A stretch of DNA of 64,000 nucleotides from positions 248,001 through 312,000 of the forward strand of contig JAQGDQ010000029.1 in assembly GCA_030141605.1 (NCBI GenBank). Reading direction: 5' to 3'. The notes below the pieces were generated by a model that made no database searches, had not been told where the DNA came from, and worked only from the letters and a program-made list of their open reading frames with translations. The stretch is from Tubiluchus corallicola (Eukaryota; Animalia; Priapulida). The translations under genes were made by a program, and so were the position numbers. This document shows positions 12,973 through 25,719 of this stretch, piece after piece. How positions within the stretch are numbered: the stretch's first letter is position 1; each line of letters opens with the position of its first letter.

Positions 12973-14234
12973 ATTTGCAAGTTTTACATTCCCAACACTT
13001 TTAGCGGAATAGTAGAGCCATGCTGCAATTTATTTACTAATTTAGCGCTGCGATATAGGTCTACACCTCTACGTGATTTCGACTCTACTCTTTTAATTCT
13101 CCTAGTTATGTTCATTCCATGGTGTCTGGTAGAGATGGTTAACTATCATGAATGACATTTGTGTAAGTATTTGACCGAGGAACGCAGTCATATGAGTATC
13201 ACTTCCAAAACCAGTACCAGAATAGGAATCTTTTATTAGAAGCAAAAAAGAATGCAGAAATTTCTTATACGGATTTTTTTACGAAATCAGTTTTATATTA
13301 GTTACGAGTTTATAGGAGGATAAGTTTACTAGTATAGCTGCTGATAAATTGCCATGTTTGTTGCTTTTCTAAGCATGCACTCAATCATTCTGCCTGCGTC
13401 GATAAAGTCTTTTTATTCCCTGTTTTTGTCAAGACGTTGGGCTAACAGGGTGAAGTAGGCTGTGCTTTGACAAAAACAGTCTCTTGGACGAGTAGCATGT
13501 GAAACAGATCGTAATCAATAGCGATAGGACTTGTAACAGGCCTACTCAGTAAACACGTTTACCAATTCATACCTTGAGTAAAAAAAGATGACCTTAAGTC
13601 TGAGTCTTAAAAAAGTGTCTTATTTGTTGCAATAAGTTTTAACACTAGTTAATGCATAAAAATATTATGCACACAAAAATATAGTTAAGCAAACTGAAAA
13701 AAATTAAAAATGAGTTGGTGCATCGGGTGAGAGAAAGGAACGTATGAGTGGGCAAATGACAAGTCTTACTATAATACGTGGGTCATCTAATTCCTATTCT
13801 ATATTTCTATATTTTCCATAGTTTAACTTTTTGTCTAATTACATATACTGTACTTACGATAATTATTCTCATAAACATGACAAAAAAAAATTTACTGACC
13901 AGAAAAACTGTTTCACTAAGGAATAGAATACTGACAAGTAATAGTGAGATATTATACAATATTATACAATAACATTGTCAATATTAACTGTTTGATATGT
14001 TCGAAAATGTTTATCATGGGACTAAAGTTTTATTTTCTTATTATGCGATTACTAATTATTGTAAATAGCTCAGCTGTTGCAAAAATAGTGTGTGTATGTG
14101 TGTAAATTGAATGCGTAAATAAAAATTTAACAGTACTGTTTGATTACAGGCTCATTGTAGGCCAGGAGTTAATTATCTTCTAATTGTCTCTAATACAAAA
14201 TTTATCACGAACTGTTTGTCTATTATTGTAAGCA

Positions 14235-14530
14235 AATAATGACAACGATGACAATGAAACGAGAAAATTAATAGTGACAACGACAGTGATGACGATGATA
14301 ATTATAGTGATGATGATGACGATTGTAATAATGATGATGATGATGATGATGATGACTGGATGATGATGATGATGGTAATGATGACGACGACGACTACAAC
14401 GGCATCCCCCTCGATGGAAGCGGCGGCGAAGACGCCACAACAATTTTGATAATGATGATGACGATAATGATGATAATAATGACGATGATAAAAAAGGAAA
14501 AAAGGAAATGTCTAGTCGACGATGAAGATG
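14235..14530. repeat. (GAT/GAC)n low-complexity tract
   Basis: Directly visible; a similar (CAT)n tract lies at 11335-11480. Confidence 0.85.
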
Positions 14531-14767
14531 ATTTGCGCAAATCGTTGATACTGTAGTGAAATACAGGCAGGAAAGTATGTTCAGATTCTGCAGACATACA
14601 ATGGAATAAAACTATTAGGATGTAAAATTTTGTTAGGATCTGATTTGTGAACAGTTTTTGGTTAGGACTGGTAACAGCAAGCCCTTATTGGATTTACTCC
14701 TCGCCTGTTTATAAAAATGCCACGTTACGTAACATTTATAATTTGTTGTATAGGCATAGATCTAATC

Positions 14768-14919
<152 letters not shown>

Positions 14920-15789
14920 TGCAGTTGTTTAACGTGTATAGGCAGCGATGTTACCAGTAAATATTATGAAAGCTAGTATGATAAGTTACGGAACGAAATG
15001 AAATTTATTGTACATCTATTGTGCGCAGGTGTTCGGCTGTATTCGAATAAACTTTTAACATTAAGTAGCGATAATTTTCCACGTTTAACGAGCTAAGCTG
15101 ACGTCTCACGCATAAAATTCTTTTACCACCGCTGTTTGCAAAATAATATTCATAAATCCAATCAAAACCGCGTAAAGTTGTCGCCTCGGTAGGAAATTGA
15201 AATCGCATTTATTAAGCAATTATTTGCAAAATGTAAGAAACTATGCAGATAATTAATAATAAATTGCTAAATGTTAACAGGAAATGAGTGTCTCAGCGAA
15301 AATAGATTTTTAATGGTGTGAATATAAGTAATAGATTAACTAGCTACTCATATCTCTGTGCACTTATTTGTGTTGCATAATTTGCACCAAGTAAGCTGTT
15401 TGGCAATCAAAGAATTATTTTTTTCTTTTTAAAGTCAAATTTTAGCTCCCAAGAAGTTTCCTATCGGATCACTAGTTTTGTCGTGTTAATTTGCTTAACT
15501 TATAGGAATGGCTGTGTTGATTGCTAAAATTACAGAACTAACCTGGTCTCATTAGTAGCAGGAACAAGCTTGACTCTGATGATACGTTTTATCTAAAACA
15601 TTCTCAAAAACAGCAGCTAAGCACAGTTACGCTTTAACATTTCACCAGTCTCTAGCTACAAAACAATTTATTACTCTTTGTAAACGCGCTAAGTATGTAT
15701 TTCGATGGTTAATGGTGTACATCATTGGTCGCCGGTGTGCGTCGTAATGACTGTCCTGTGGTGGTTCCCGTACGTTTTCTTTCTACTGC

Positions 15790-16160
15790 TTACATCCCAG
15801 ATTCATGTTACGTCACGGGTTCACTATGTACGTCAGTGATTCACTATAGATGTTACTGGCTTTCAGTTTTCATCATTGAATCATTACATATGTCACTAGT
15901 TCACCTTGTACGTTGGGATTTACCATAGATGTCAACGGCTCACCAAATTACACCACTAATTCATTGCTGTTACATCACGGATTCACGATGTACGACATTG
16001 ATTCATCGTGTTTTTCCGATCAGTGATTGACCGTAGATGTTTGGTTCATCACAATTTCACTAGCTCATTACGGACGTTACTAATACGTGCTGAACGTTTT
16101 TTAATCATCGATTTTACAGCAGTGTTTTCGAATTTACGTTACTTGTTCACCATGTACGTA
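15790..16160. repeat. Degenerate minisatellite of about 20 bp (TACGTCACTGATTCACTATG-like)
   Basis: Periodic GATTCAC/GTTCAC and TACGTCA motifs. Confidence 0.6.
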
Positions 16161-16179
16161 AGTGAGTAAGTACGTAAGT

Positions 16180-16590
16180 TATTGAATGAATGAGTGAGTG
16201 AGTGAGTGAGTCAGTGAGTGAGTGAGTGAGTGAGTGAGTGAGTGAGTGAGTGAGTGAGTGTGAGTGAGTTCGTGAGTGAGTGAGTGTGTGAGTGAGTGAG
16301 TGAGTGAGTGTGAGTGAGTTCGTGAGTGAGTGAGTGAGTGTGAGTGAGTTCGTGAGTGAGTGAATTTAGTTACTGAGTGAACGAGTGAGTGAGTGAGTGA
16401 GTGAGTGAGTGAGTGTGAGTGAGTGAGTTCGTGAGTGAATGAGTGAGTTCGTGAGTGAATTTAGTTACTGAGTGAACGAGTGAGTGAGTAAGTGAGTGAG
16501 TGAGTGAATGTGAGTGAGTGAGTTCGTGAGTGAGTGGGTAAATGAGTGCGTGTGTAAGTGAAGGACTGAGGGTGTGTGTGTGAATGAGTG
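16180..16590. repeat. (GTGA)n microsatellite with variant units
   Basis: Directly visible; contains a duplicated GAATTTAGTTACTGAGTGAACGA interruption. Confidence 0.95.
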
Positions 16591-16620
16591 CGCGAATAGG
16601 TCAGGAAATGTGAAAAGTAG

Positions 16621-16722
16621 AATATGCTGGACTTGAACCACGGAGCTACTGCTTACAGGGCATACCTAAGGCCCTGTGTTCACTAGGCCTAGGCCTAGCC
16701 ACTATTCACTAAGACACTAGGC
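16621..16722 (-). pseudogene. tRNA-like SINE head / tRNA pseudogene
   Basis: B box GGTTCAAGTCC (16639-16629) in a T-arm-like context; interrupted by a TAGGCC repeat insertion; no intact cloverleaf. Confidence 0.45.
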
Positions 16723-19090
16723 CATCGTATTCCTTAGTTTCCAAGCCAGCCCAAAACTCCTCCCCTTTACCTGGGCTACATAAATTCAGCATTTCCAATG
16801 TTGACAATAAGACTAGAATAATTAGTAATTAATAATTAACAAATGCAGATCAAGTAATTAAATTATTAAAATGATTACATGTAAACATTTAATTAGCTCC
16901 TTTATTACTGTACAGCAGTAAACTAAGGAAACCCTGAGCTAAAAATATGAGCTTTCTGAAAAAGCGAAGACAGAAGAGAAAAGCGCATAAAGTTTGAGAA
17001 GTAAATTAGCGGTGCAGAAAGGAAAAGGGGGGAAGAGGCGGTTGTTGTATATTGCGACAAAGATATTGTATATCTTTACTAAAAAATTAATTTTATTGAT
17101 AATAATCAAGATGGTAGCGAGTGGAACAGATGTTTCAGGAAAGCTTTTATACATTAAAAATTTGGCTTTGCATTTAATTTTAAATTTCCGAGTTGGTAAA
17201 ATATCTTTATTTGCAAAACATTATGTATACTCACTTTTTATAACACTATACGTCATAGATTCGTAACATACGTTACTATTTAATCACTGCTTTTTTCAAA
17301 TATAAATAAACCCATGGCCCACGTTTTGTTTTGCGTAATTACTATGCTTTGTAGTACAAGCAAAGCGTAATTCGATTTTAATGATGTTTAGCTATGCGCT
17401 GCGTAAAATGTACATTTTGTAATTCGAAAATTTGCAAATAAGATTAGCGAAAACTTCAAGAAAGTGAACGCGCTGTAACAATTTCGCGCCTTTGATGATA
17501 TTGATTAAAAATATATCAATCTTGCAGCCAATTCGGACCATTGAGGCGGGCTCTGCCATACTGCTGAGTCAGGGACAAACCATTAGCGAACTTCATTGTA
17601 ATTGACTTCTCGCGTTAAAATGTATTTAATGTTGTTAACTTTCTGCCCTGTAGTTGTAATGTTGTTAGTCAACTTGCTAAGGGATAGCAGTTCAGAAATT
17701 TGGAATGAAACAAAACGGCTGGATACTATTTATTCCATTCTGTTTTAAAGGCAATTTTTATATAATTATAAATGTTTTAAGAATCAGAATCCCAAAAGAT
17801 TTCAAAAGATACCCGTAAAACCGGATTATATGGAATGATTACTATGTCAGCTTTATGTTTTCTTGTTTAGGCCTACTCACTTGGTTGAATCACTAATCAA
17901 GCAACCGAAATACCCTAACATCAAACAAGAATTGATTTTTATAAACGCTGTCTTTACTGATTTTAAGTTTCAGATATTTTAGCTGCCTGAAACTGCATTG
18001 CGAAGTAGGGCCGGATTTAGGTTAGTTTTACCTGGAGGATGTTACAAGGTACAAATGAAAACAAGCTCTACTCGTCATTCCTCAGATAAAAGCTCAATTC
18101 ACATAACCAGTTACATATATACATTGATTATGACTCTATGAGCCCTAAAATGCAGCTTATTTAGTTTATACCTAAATCAGACACTACAGGGAATCAAACT
18201 CAAAATACCTATCGTATTTAACCTTTATTAATTGATATATAACAAAAGATATAAAATCTTAACAACAGGTAGGACTAATACTTTACTATTGTGGGCCTAA
18301 AATTTTATGCAGTCCTAATCATATTGTTTATTTCTAATAGTATTTTATTGTTCTAGATGTCGTCTTTTGTTACGTTATTGCTTTAATTCTACTCAGTATT
18401 TCTGTTGATCGTGAGCATAGAGCTCGTTCAAATTGTCTACGCAAAATAATTCATTTTTGCCCCTTATTAAAAGTTTATTTTTGTATAATTTATAGGTTTG
18501 TACGTACACAACGTTTGCATATTGTGTAATACAACGGTTAACGCTTAAACGTTTATTTTTGTATAATTTTGGATATTAGGAATACGTGGAAACATCATGC
18601 GTGTTTTATAATAGGTTGACACGTACAGGTGCAACTACAAAAGCATTACTAGAAATATAAGAAATATGTAATTATGTATAACACTTTCTGATTCAAATGG
18701 CAACCGCAGTGTTGACACTATTGACAGCTTACTGCCTTGGCTTGCTAGCACGTTCGATTAACCCTCGAGCTGGTAAGTTGAACTCATGATCAGGTTAACT
18801 ACTTCGTCAAAGCGTCGAACCATATTACAAGTCTTGTGCATGACTCTTACAAGCCTGCTCCTCGCCATGCAAGACGTCTACGATTACTGTAAACACCATT
18901 ACCGATTAGCTAAGAAATTGAGAATAATTATTAGCTCTCACGAGTGACTTCATCTTTCGAGTGACTGCGGCCAACAGCCAATCTGGGATAACTAGAATAG
19001 CCAATTACCTGTCGTGTAAACGAACGTTTACAACATAAAACAAGCAAGTCAAGTGAATCGAATAACGGAAAAGTAAAACACTTATTATTG

Positions 19091-19157
19091 ATATCAGAGA
19101 TTTGAACCCTGGACCTTTTGTTTACAACAGAACTGCCCTGCCAACTATACTAGCTCG
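19091..19157 (-). pseudogene. tRNA-like SINE head / tRNA pseudogene
   Basis: A box TAGTATAGTTGG and B box GGTTCAAATCT with tRNA-like spacing; acceptor stem does not pair. Confidence 0.5.
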
Positions 19158-19187
19158 TTTAGGCGAACCTTAGCATAATCAATCACT

Positions 19188-20190
19188 ATCACTTGAGCAG
19201 CAGACACTTGGGAAGTGGACATTTGGACAGCGGTACTTGGGCAGTGGACACTTGGGCCAGTTGGACATTTGGACAGTAGGACATTTGGGCAGCGTTAATG
19301 GACTGTGAATATCTTAAGCAGCACAAGTGCAATTTTTTGCACGGGACACTATCATGTCCACCTATTTGCAAACCTACCTACCTTCCTACCTACTCTACCT
19401 ACCTATACATCTACCTACCCTACTTACTTACCTGCATATCTACCTACTTACCTACCTATTCGTACATGACATACATAACGCATACGCATTCTGGTTGTCA
19501 GGTAAACGCCACTTAGTTGTTGCTGCTCAAGTTTATACTGCCCCATTGTGCATACTGCCCAACTGCCCACTACCCACCTTTATAATGCCCAACTGTTGCT
19601 GCCCAAGTGTATATGCCCAACTGTCCACTACTCAAGTATATACTGCTCGACTGCCCACTACTCAAGTATATACTGCCCAACTGTCCACTACCCAAGTATA
19701 TACTGCCCAACTGTCCACTACCCAAGTGTATGCTGCCCAACTGTTGGGTCAAAGTGTATACTGCCCAACTGTTGCGCCCAAGTGTATACTGCCTAACTGT
19801 CCACTACCCAAGTGTATACTGCCCAACTGTCCACTACTCAAGTGTATATTGCCCAACTGTCCACTACTCAAGTGTATACTGCCCAACTGTCGAATACCCA
19901 AGTGTACACTACTCAACTGCCCACTACTCAAGTATATACTGCCCAACTGTATATTGCCCAACTGTCCACTACTCAAGTATATATTGCCCAGCTGTCCACT
20001 ACCCAAGTGCATACTGCCCAACTGTCCACTACTCAAGTATATATTGCCCAGCTGTCCACTACCCAAGTGTATACTGCCCAAGTGCGACTATCCAAGTGTC
20101 TGCTGCTCAACTTTCTACTGATCAAGTGTCTACTGCCCAAATAGCTTTAGGCCAAATGTCCACTGCCCACATGTCCAGATACACAGTCCA
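19188..20190. repeat. 15/30-bp minisatellite (CTGCCCAACTGTCCACTACCCAAGTGTATA) with an inverted short array at the left end (foldback-like)
   Basis: Main array about 19510-20180; reverse-complement units (GACACTTGGGCAGTG-type) at about 19190-19295; (CCTA)n-rich spacer at 19370-19460. Confidence 0.85.
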
Positions 20191-21382
20191 ATTGACCTAG
20201 AAGCAGCACAGTAAGCTATGGGCTTGTATTACCATTTAGCCCTATCTTATTTGATAAAATCTCTAAGAATTAAATGTCCTTTTTAACTTTAACCAACTTA
20301 CAACAGTTAAAGTGGTTAAGAACTTACGTTTATTATTTTAGTTCAGTTTTAATGCTTCTGTTTTGCTCTACGATGACTTTTACAAATGGTCTTGAATGTG
20401 ATCTTCAAAGACACAAAACAACTTGTAAAAAATTGTAGTTCTCATCAAAGCTTTAATGTGAGAATATCTTCGAGGTGTTTTGTGTCAGATATCACTGTAG
20501 TCACGTGACACTCCAAGTTAAGCTACCGCCATTGAAATCATTAACGTTAAGTAAGAATGTAGTCATCAAATAAATAAACTTACTCCAATGCAAAAGAAAC
20601 ATGATTACTCACACTGAATAAAAATTCGTGCGGTGTTAATAAATGGGATATTCTTACACTAGGATGTATTTGGACTACTCACTGCAAACAGTAATGCATT
20701 TAGAATGATAAAAGAAAGTGATTTAAGGTTATCTACAGGCTAAGAAAGTGAAAAGGACCACATTCTAGGTTGCATTCCGTATAATAAAAAAGAATGGCTT
20801 AAGAGTATCTAGAGGCTAAGAAAGTGAATTTCTAAACGTAGTATTTTAATTACAAAATAAATTGCTTATAATTATGCTGCTTCCGAGCCTTTCAGCTACA
20901 TGGGTACTTGCTGCGAAATCGTCCCAGAAATCATAGAAAGGGTGCAATCATAAAAAAGAGTTGAATGGTCAGAGAGACATGCTGTATCGTGCAAACTTGA
21001 TGTTCATGAAGCAATAAGATGTTATTAATCGGTAGAGATCCATCGATTATTGATAGACTGATTAGACGTACTAACTTTCAAGGCAGTTTAAGCCACTAGT
21101 AAAGACACAGGACACAATATACAAAAGTGTGAAGTTGTCATAGAGAGAAAACTGAAGGATAGCCTTTAACATTGGTCCCACTGAAGATCTACCAATGTCA
21201 TTCACATCAAATACGAAGCAGTGAGCTTATTTGCAAACAAGGCTCGGGCAAACAAGACGTACTCTGTCTATAGAAAGAAAGAACTGGCACGAACATGGTT
21301 TTTACCAACTTGGGATTGCATACATTATATGGCTTCTCGTCTTGGTTTTACCACGAAATAGTTGGTTAGTCAGCATGTCCCA

Positions 21383-21714
21383 CCAAATATAATTAAGGTA
21401 ACTCTAGGACTCGTTTCTTACTTTTAGGCAAGGCATATTTCTACAAAGTTGATCGCTGTTACAAGTTATAGGAAGAGCAGTAGTTTCACAGACCATTCCT
21501 CTGGAACCCTATGGAAAAGGTTTGGTAGTTTCGTAACCACTGCAAAAGTGGCATCACATTAAAAGTAAACGACTTTGTTCTTGCTTTTTGCTCACGATTT
21601 CATCAAAAGATGGGACTTGCTCCATAGGTGAATCAGCGAGTTTAGGCCAAATATAATTAAGGTAACTCTAAGACTCGTTTCTTGCTTTTAGGCAAGGCAT
21701 ATTTCTACAAAGTT
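21383..21714. repeat. 68-bp direct repeat pair (21383-21450 and 21647-21714)
   Basis: CCAAATATAATTAAGGTAACTCTA(G/A)GACTCGTTTCTT(A/G)CTTTTAGGCAAGGCATATTTCTACAAAGTT occurs twice with 2 differences. Confidence 0.9.
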
Positions 21715-23002
21715 ATTGCATAATGCCTAGTTGTTGCATGTTTCTACATAATGCCCATATTGTCTTAAGTAGCAAAAGAGAACTGAATTATACTCGCATA
21801 AATATGTCACTGCACATAAGGGAACCGAAATATTTTTACATAATTAACGATACTTTGCTGCTGAATAACACAAAAACCTCTTCAAATTTTGCTTTAAAAT
21901 TTAAGAAATGAGTCACGACGGTATGTATGTGTCACTTGCGTCAGCACCTGACTGTGCCCCCTGAATGTCAACTCGCACATCCTAAGGATATGGATATCCC
22001 AGGTTAAGAACAGCCGGAAAGATAAATTAACTTTCTAGGCCGCTCCATTTCAGTACACTATATTAACGGTATAATATAATTTTTCTATAGCTTCAGCTGC
22101 GAAACAAATTATGTTGATACTCGGTAGAAACATTTGCTACTTCCGGCATTTTCCTCGTATATGTCTATATGACTTTATTTCCAGATCCCCAGGAGTCATC
22201 CATTTTGCTAGTCACACAACAGCAATTACTGCGTTTACAAAAACCCCGAGGCTTGTGAAAAGTGGGCAAATATAGTTGCCATTGTTCAAATTGAATTAGC
22301 AAAAAGTCAACCTGCTCTTTGTTATTTTTGTTCTTTAGAGGGTTTTGCAAACTTGCTTGAGAATGATCATGCTTCACCAGAATGTCTTTGATTAATGGCG
22401 GGAGACACTAATTAATTTATTAGCTAGTTAATCGGATCAAATAGGTTTTAAATTAATAGTAATTAAGTTCGACAACTTTTTTTACGTGTTGTAACAAACC
22501 TGGCATGTGTGCGTCATCTTTCAGAATGAGCCGAAATATCGTAATTTTGCTTAGTTTTAAGCTATTACAGTTCATAAACTTTAATACTATCGTTTATGTT
22601 AAAATAATTTCGGATAAAAAAGCTGTAATCAACAATCATATTTTAGCAATTCGCCAAAACGTCTCAATGTTTAGTCTTCACCGGAATGCAGTATTTATAA
22701 CGAATTTTATTAGTTCGTGGCTTTCGGATAAACCATGCAATTTAAGTTTGTGGAAACAAATTTATTTTATTATCACACAAATTAGATTGGATTAATTTTG
22801 CTTTGTTGAATTGATCCATGAAATTATAAAATGAATTTCAGATTTCCAGACCAATGTTGGCAAATGATCAAAAATCTATTTTTAAACATCTGGTTAACTA
22901 AAAAGTTCGAGTAGACAAATTTTTTTAACTATCACTCCTTTCTTTTCCTGCGCTTTCTTTCTCTCTTCCTCCTTCGCTCATTTTCTCCCTCTCCCTCTCC
23001 CC

Positions 23003-23004
<2 letters not shown>

Positions 23005-23047
<43 letters not shown>

Positions 23048-23062
23048 TCTCTCTCTCTCTCC
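23005..23062. repeat. (CT)n microsatellite
   Basis: Directly visible. Confidence 0.95.
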
Positions 23063-25425
23063 CTTCTCCCTCTTTCTCTATCTTTCTTTCTCTGTGTTCT
23101 CTGTGTTTTTTTACATCTCAATTTTGCCCGAATTCTCTGAGAAACCTCTGGAATAGTTAAACATACAAATCCTCCGCAAACAGCTTATTCCATTAGCTGA
23201 TTTATACGGTCGAACGATGAGTCATTATTGACGAATGACCAGTTTCGATTACTAATTTCATTCATGACTAGAGAAACACATAATAGTACGATAAGCTTAC
23301 CTGGTAAGATAACAGAATGCTATGGCATGTATTTTTAGGCCAACCAGGCAAAACCTGACCACACACAGCATGTAATTTCAGAAATCACATTAGGCCTGTT
23401 TTAATTTGACAAAACGAGCAACACTACTTTTCTGTATAAACTCTATCATCACTATTGTTTATTCTTCTCTATTCTCTATTCTTTAGCAGGTTGGTTGACC
23501 ATTAGAATTTTACAAATTTTTCGTCGGGGTTTTTCTGTCATGTTAGGAAAGGCAAGTTTTAGTCAAGTATTACTAAAGTATTGACCGTTCTGCTGCAGGA
23601 CCAATGCACAACAGTGAGCAAAATTAATGTTTTAGTGTGTTGGTTTTATGTATAATATGGTTACTCCCCTTAACTACAGTTAATTTTAATTTATTGTGTC
23701 CAAAGAGTTATTGCTACTGCTGCTGTTGGTGCTGGTACATGCGCTGGCGCTGTTGTTGTTATTGCTACTACTGCTGTTGTTGATGTTCTCGCTGGGGCTG
23801 TTGCTGCAACTGTTACTACTATTTTATTCTACCACTGCTATTTTTGACACTAGATGATGTTCCTCACATTAATTAAGCCAGAACTCTTGAGCAGTTCCAC
23901 GTAAGCGCTAAATATGTAGACTCGTGTTTGCTTGCATAGGAAGACATGATTGATCATTAACGCTGGACATGCATGCACAGGGCGCAATCGATGGACATAA
24001 CTTGTTTGGGTCAGATGAAGTTTGCCTGTATTCACTATAGCAACACAAGACTGTAGAGCAAAATTTCGGAAATACATTATCATTAATTGTACGCTAACCC
24101 ATTTTTTAATTTCACCAATATAATTTAATGGTAATAAACGCTTTATTTCGAAACAAACCACGAGTACAGTTAACAAATCACAAACTTAAATAAACAACGC
24201 ACACATCAACACGTCATAAATATAAAGAATTTAGCACAAACCTGAGTAAACTGAGTCCAATAGTTTCACTTTTTTACCTGCGTCCACCTACAATTGCCCA
24301 AAAATAACTCAGATCAAAATATGTAAACCAAGAATAATTCTAAATTATATACAAAAGCAACTGCAAAATCGGACTCTCCGCTCTCGTCGGAGATAAAAAT
24401 ATTATTAATTTCAATTGTTATTGTTTTATTACGAAAAAAATCAGCTAAATAAATTAGTAGGGCAAATGATCAAACACATATTTGAACTTGTTGTCATACG
24501 AACATGTTAATTATTGTCATGTCAGCTCATTCAGGTATATACGTATGACAAGTCTTCTCTCACAGGAATGGAATTTGCTAAGATTCGTATCATATTTTTG
24601 GCCCCTACTGACCAATTTGGTCAATTTGTCATCAACTAATATTCATTACGAATAAAATAAAGCACAGAGTAAATAGCAGGTCTACATAACATCCTGTGGG
24701 GCTCAGACGCATACAGTTATAATAAATTATATGTGTGTTTGAGTTACCCAGTTTAGTAATACTGACTTCATGGTGTTTGGGTTTGTGTATAATGTTTAAT
24801 TTTTTCTTTGTGCAATGGTAACAATAAATTTAGTTTATAGTAACACGGTGTATATAGAGCAGTGTATAATATATAGCGCATACTGTAATATAATATTACT
24901 ATAGTAAACTAAATATTTATCTATCTATGATCAAAGGCAACCCCGACGTATCATCTATGTACATTGTACAACCTAAGACGTCCTTAATTGGCCTTGGTAC
25001 AACGTGACCCCTGGTATCTTCCGAGTGTCTAGTTCATCAGCATTCTATTGAACATTTTACAAGTGAGCCAGTGATCACAATCATTTATCTAGGTATCATG
25101 CACTTATAGTCAAAATAATTATAATGTGTTCTTTACATTGTCAGCGCGCTGAACTTGTATTAAAAACGAAAAACAAAATCATGATGAAAAAATTGCAATG
25201 ATTAAAAACTCTTTCGCCAATATCAACGTAACCCAGTGTGCAAAATACGTAATGCGTAATAAAATGAGTGATTACTTGTTAGTCAATGAATTAAAAACGT
25301 TCGTTCCAGTCCAGGCATAAAAATACTTAACAGTTTGCTATAACTTTGGTATCTATTGGATTTTTCACAAGTTTATCCCATTAGAGAACATATGCATTAT
25401 AAAATTTCCTGTTCTTTTTCAGATC

Positions 25426-25649
25426 ATGCCTTCTCAAAGAGTGGTAGTTTTGGGTTGTTTTTTAGTGTTTAATCTCTGTTTAGCCTGCGCACAAAACCAA
25501 GCACCTGGAGGACAAGAATTGCAATATTCAGAGCGTACAGTGAGTACTGGAAATTTTTATATATACAAAAACTAGAAAAATCCGTTTCACTGATTTTAAG
25601 AGAACAACCTAATTCTCCATTTTACTAACCATTACATATTCTGTTACAA

Positions 25650-25719
<70 letters not shown>

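Noticed and set aside
16621-19157. Functional tRNA genes at 16621-16722 and 19091-19157
   Set aside because: Pol III boxes are present but acceptor and anticodon stems do not pair; treated as SINE heads or pseudogenes.
19327-20200. Cys/Pro-rich or mucin-like proteins from overlapping ORFs
   Set aside because: Open in several frames on both strands because the 15/30-bp repeat lacks stops; no gene structure.
21390-21410. 28S rRNA / R2 target-like TTAAGGTA
   Set aside because: Only a short word match; flanks do not resemble rRNA.
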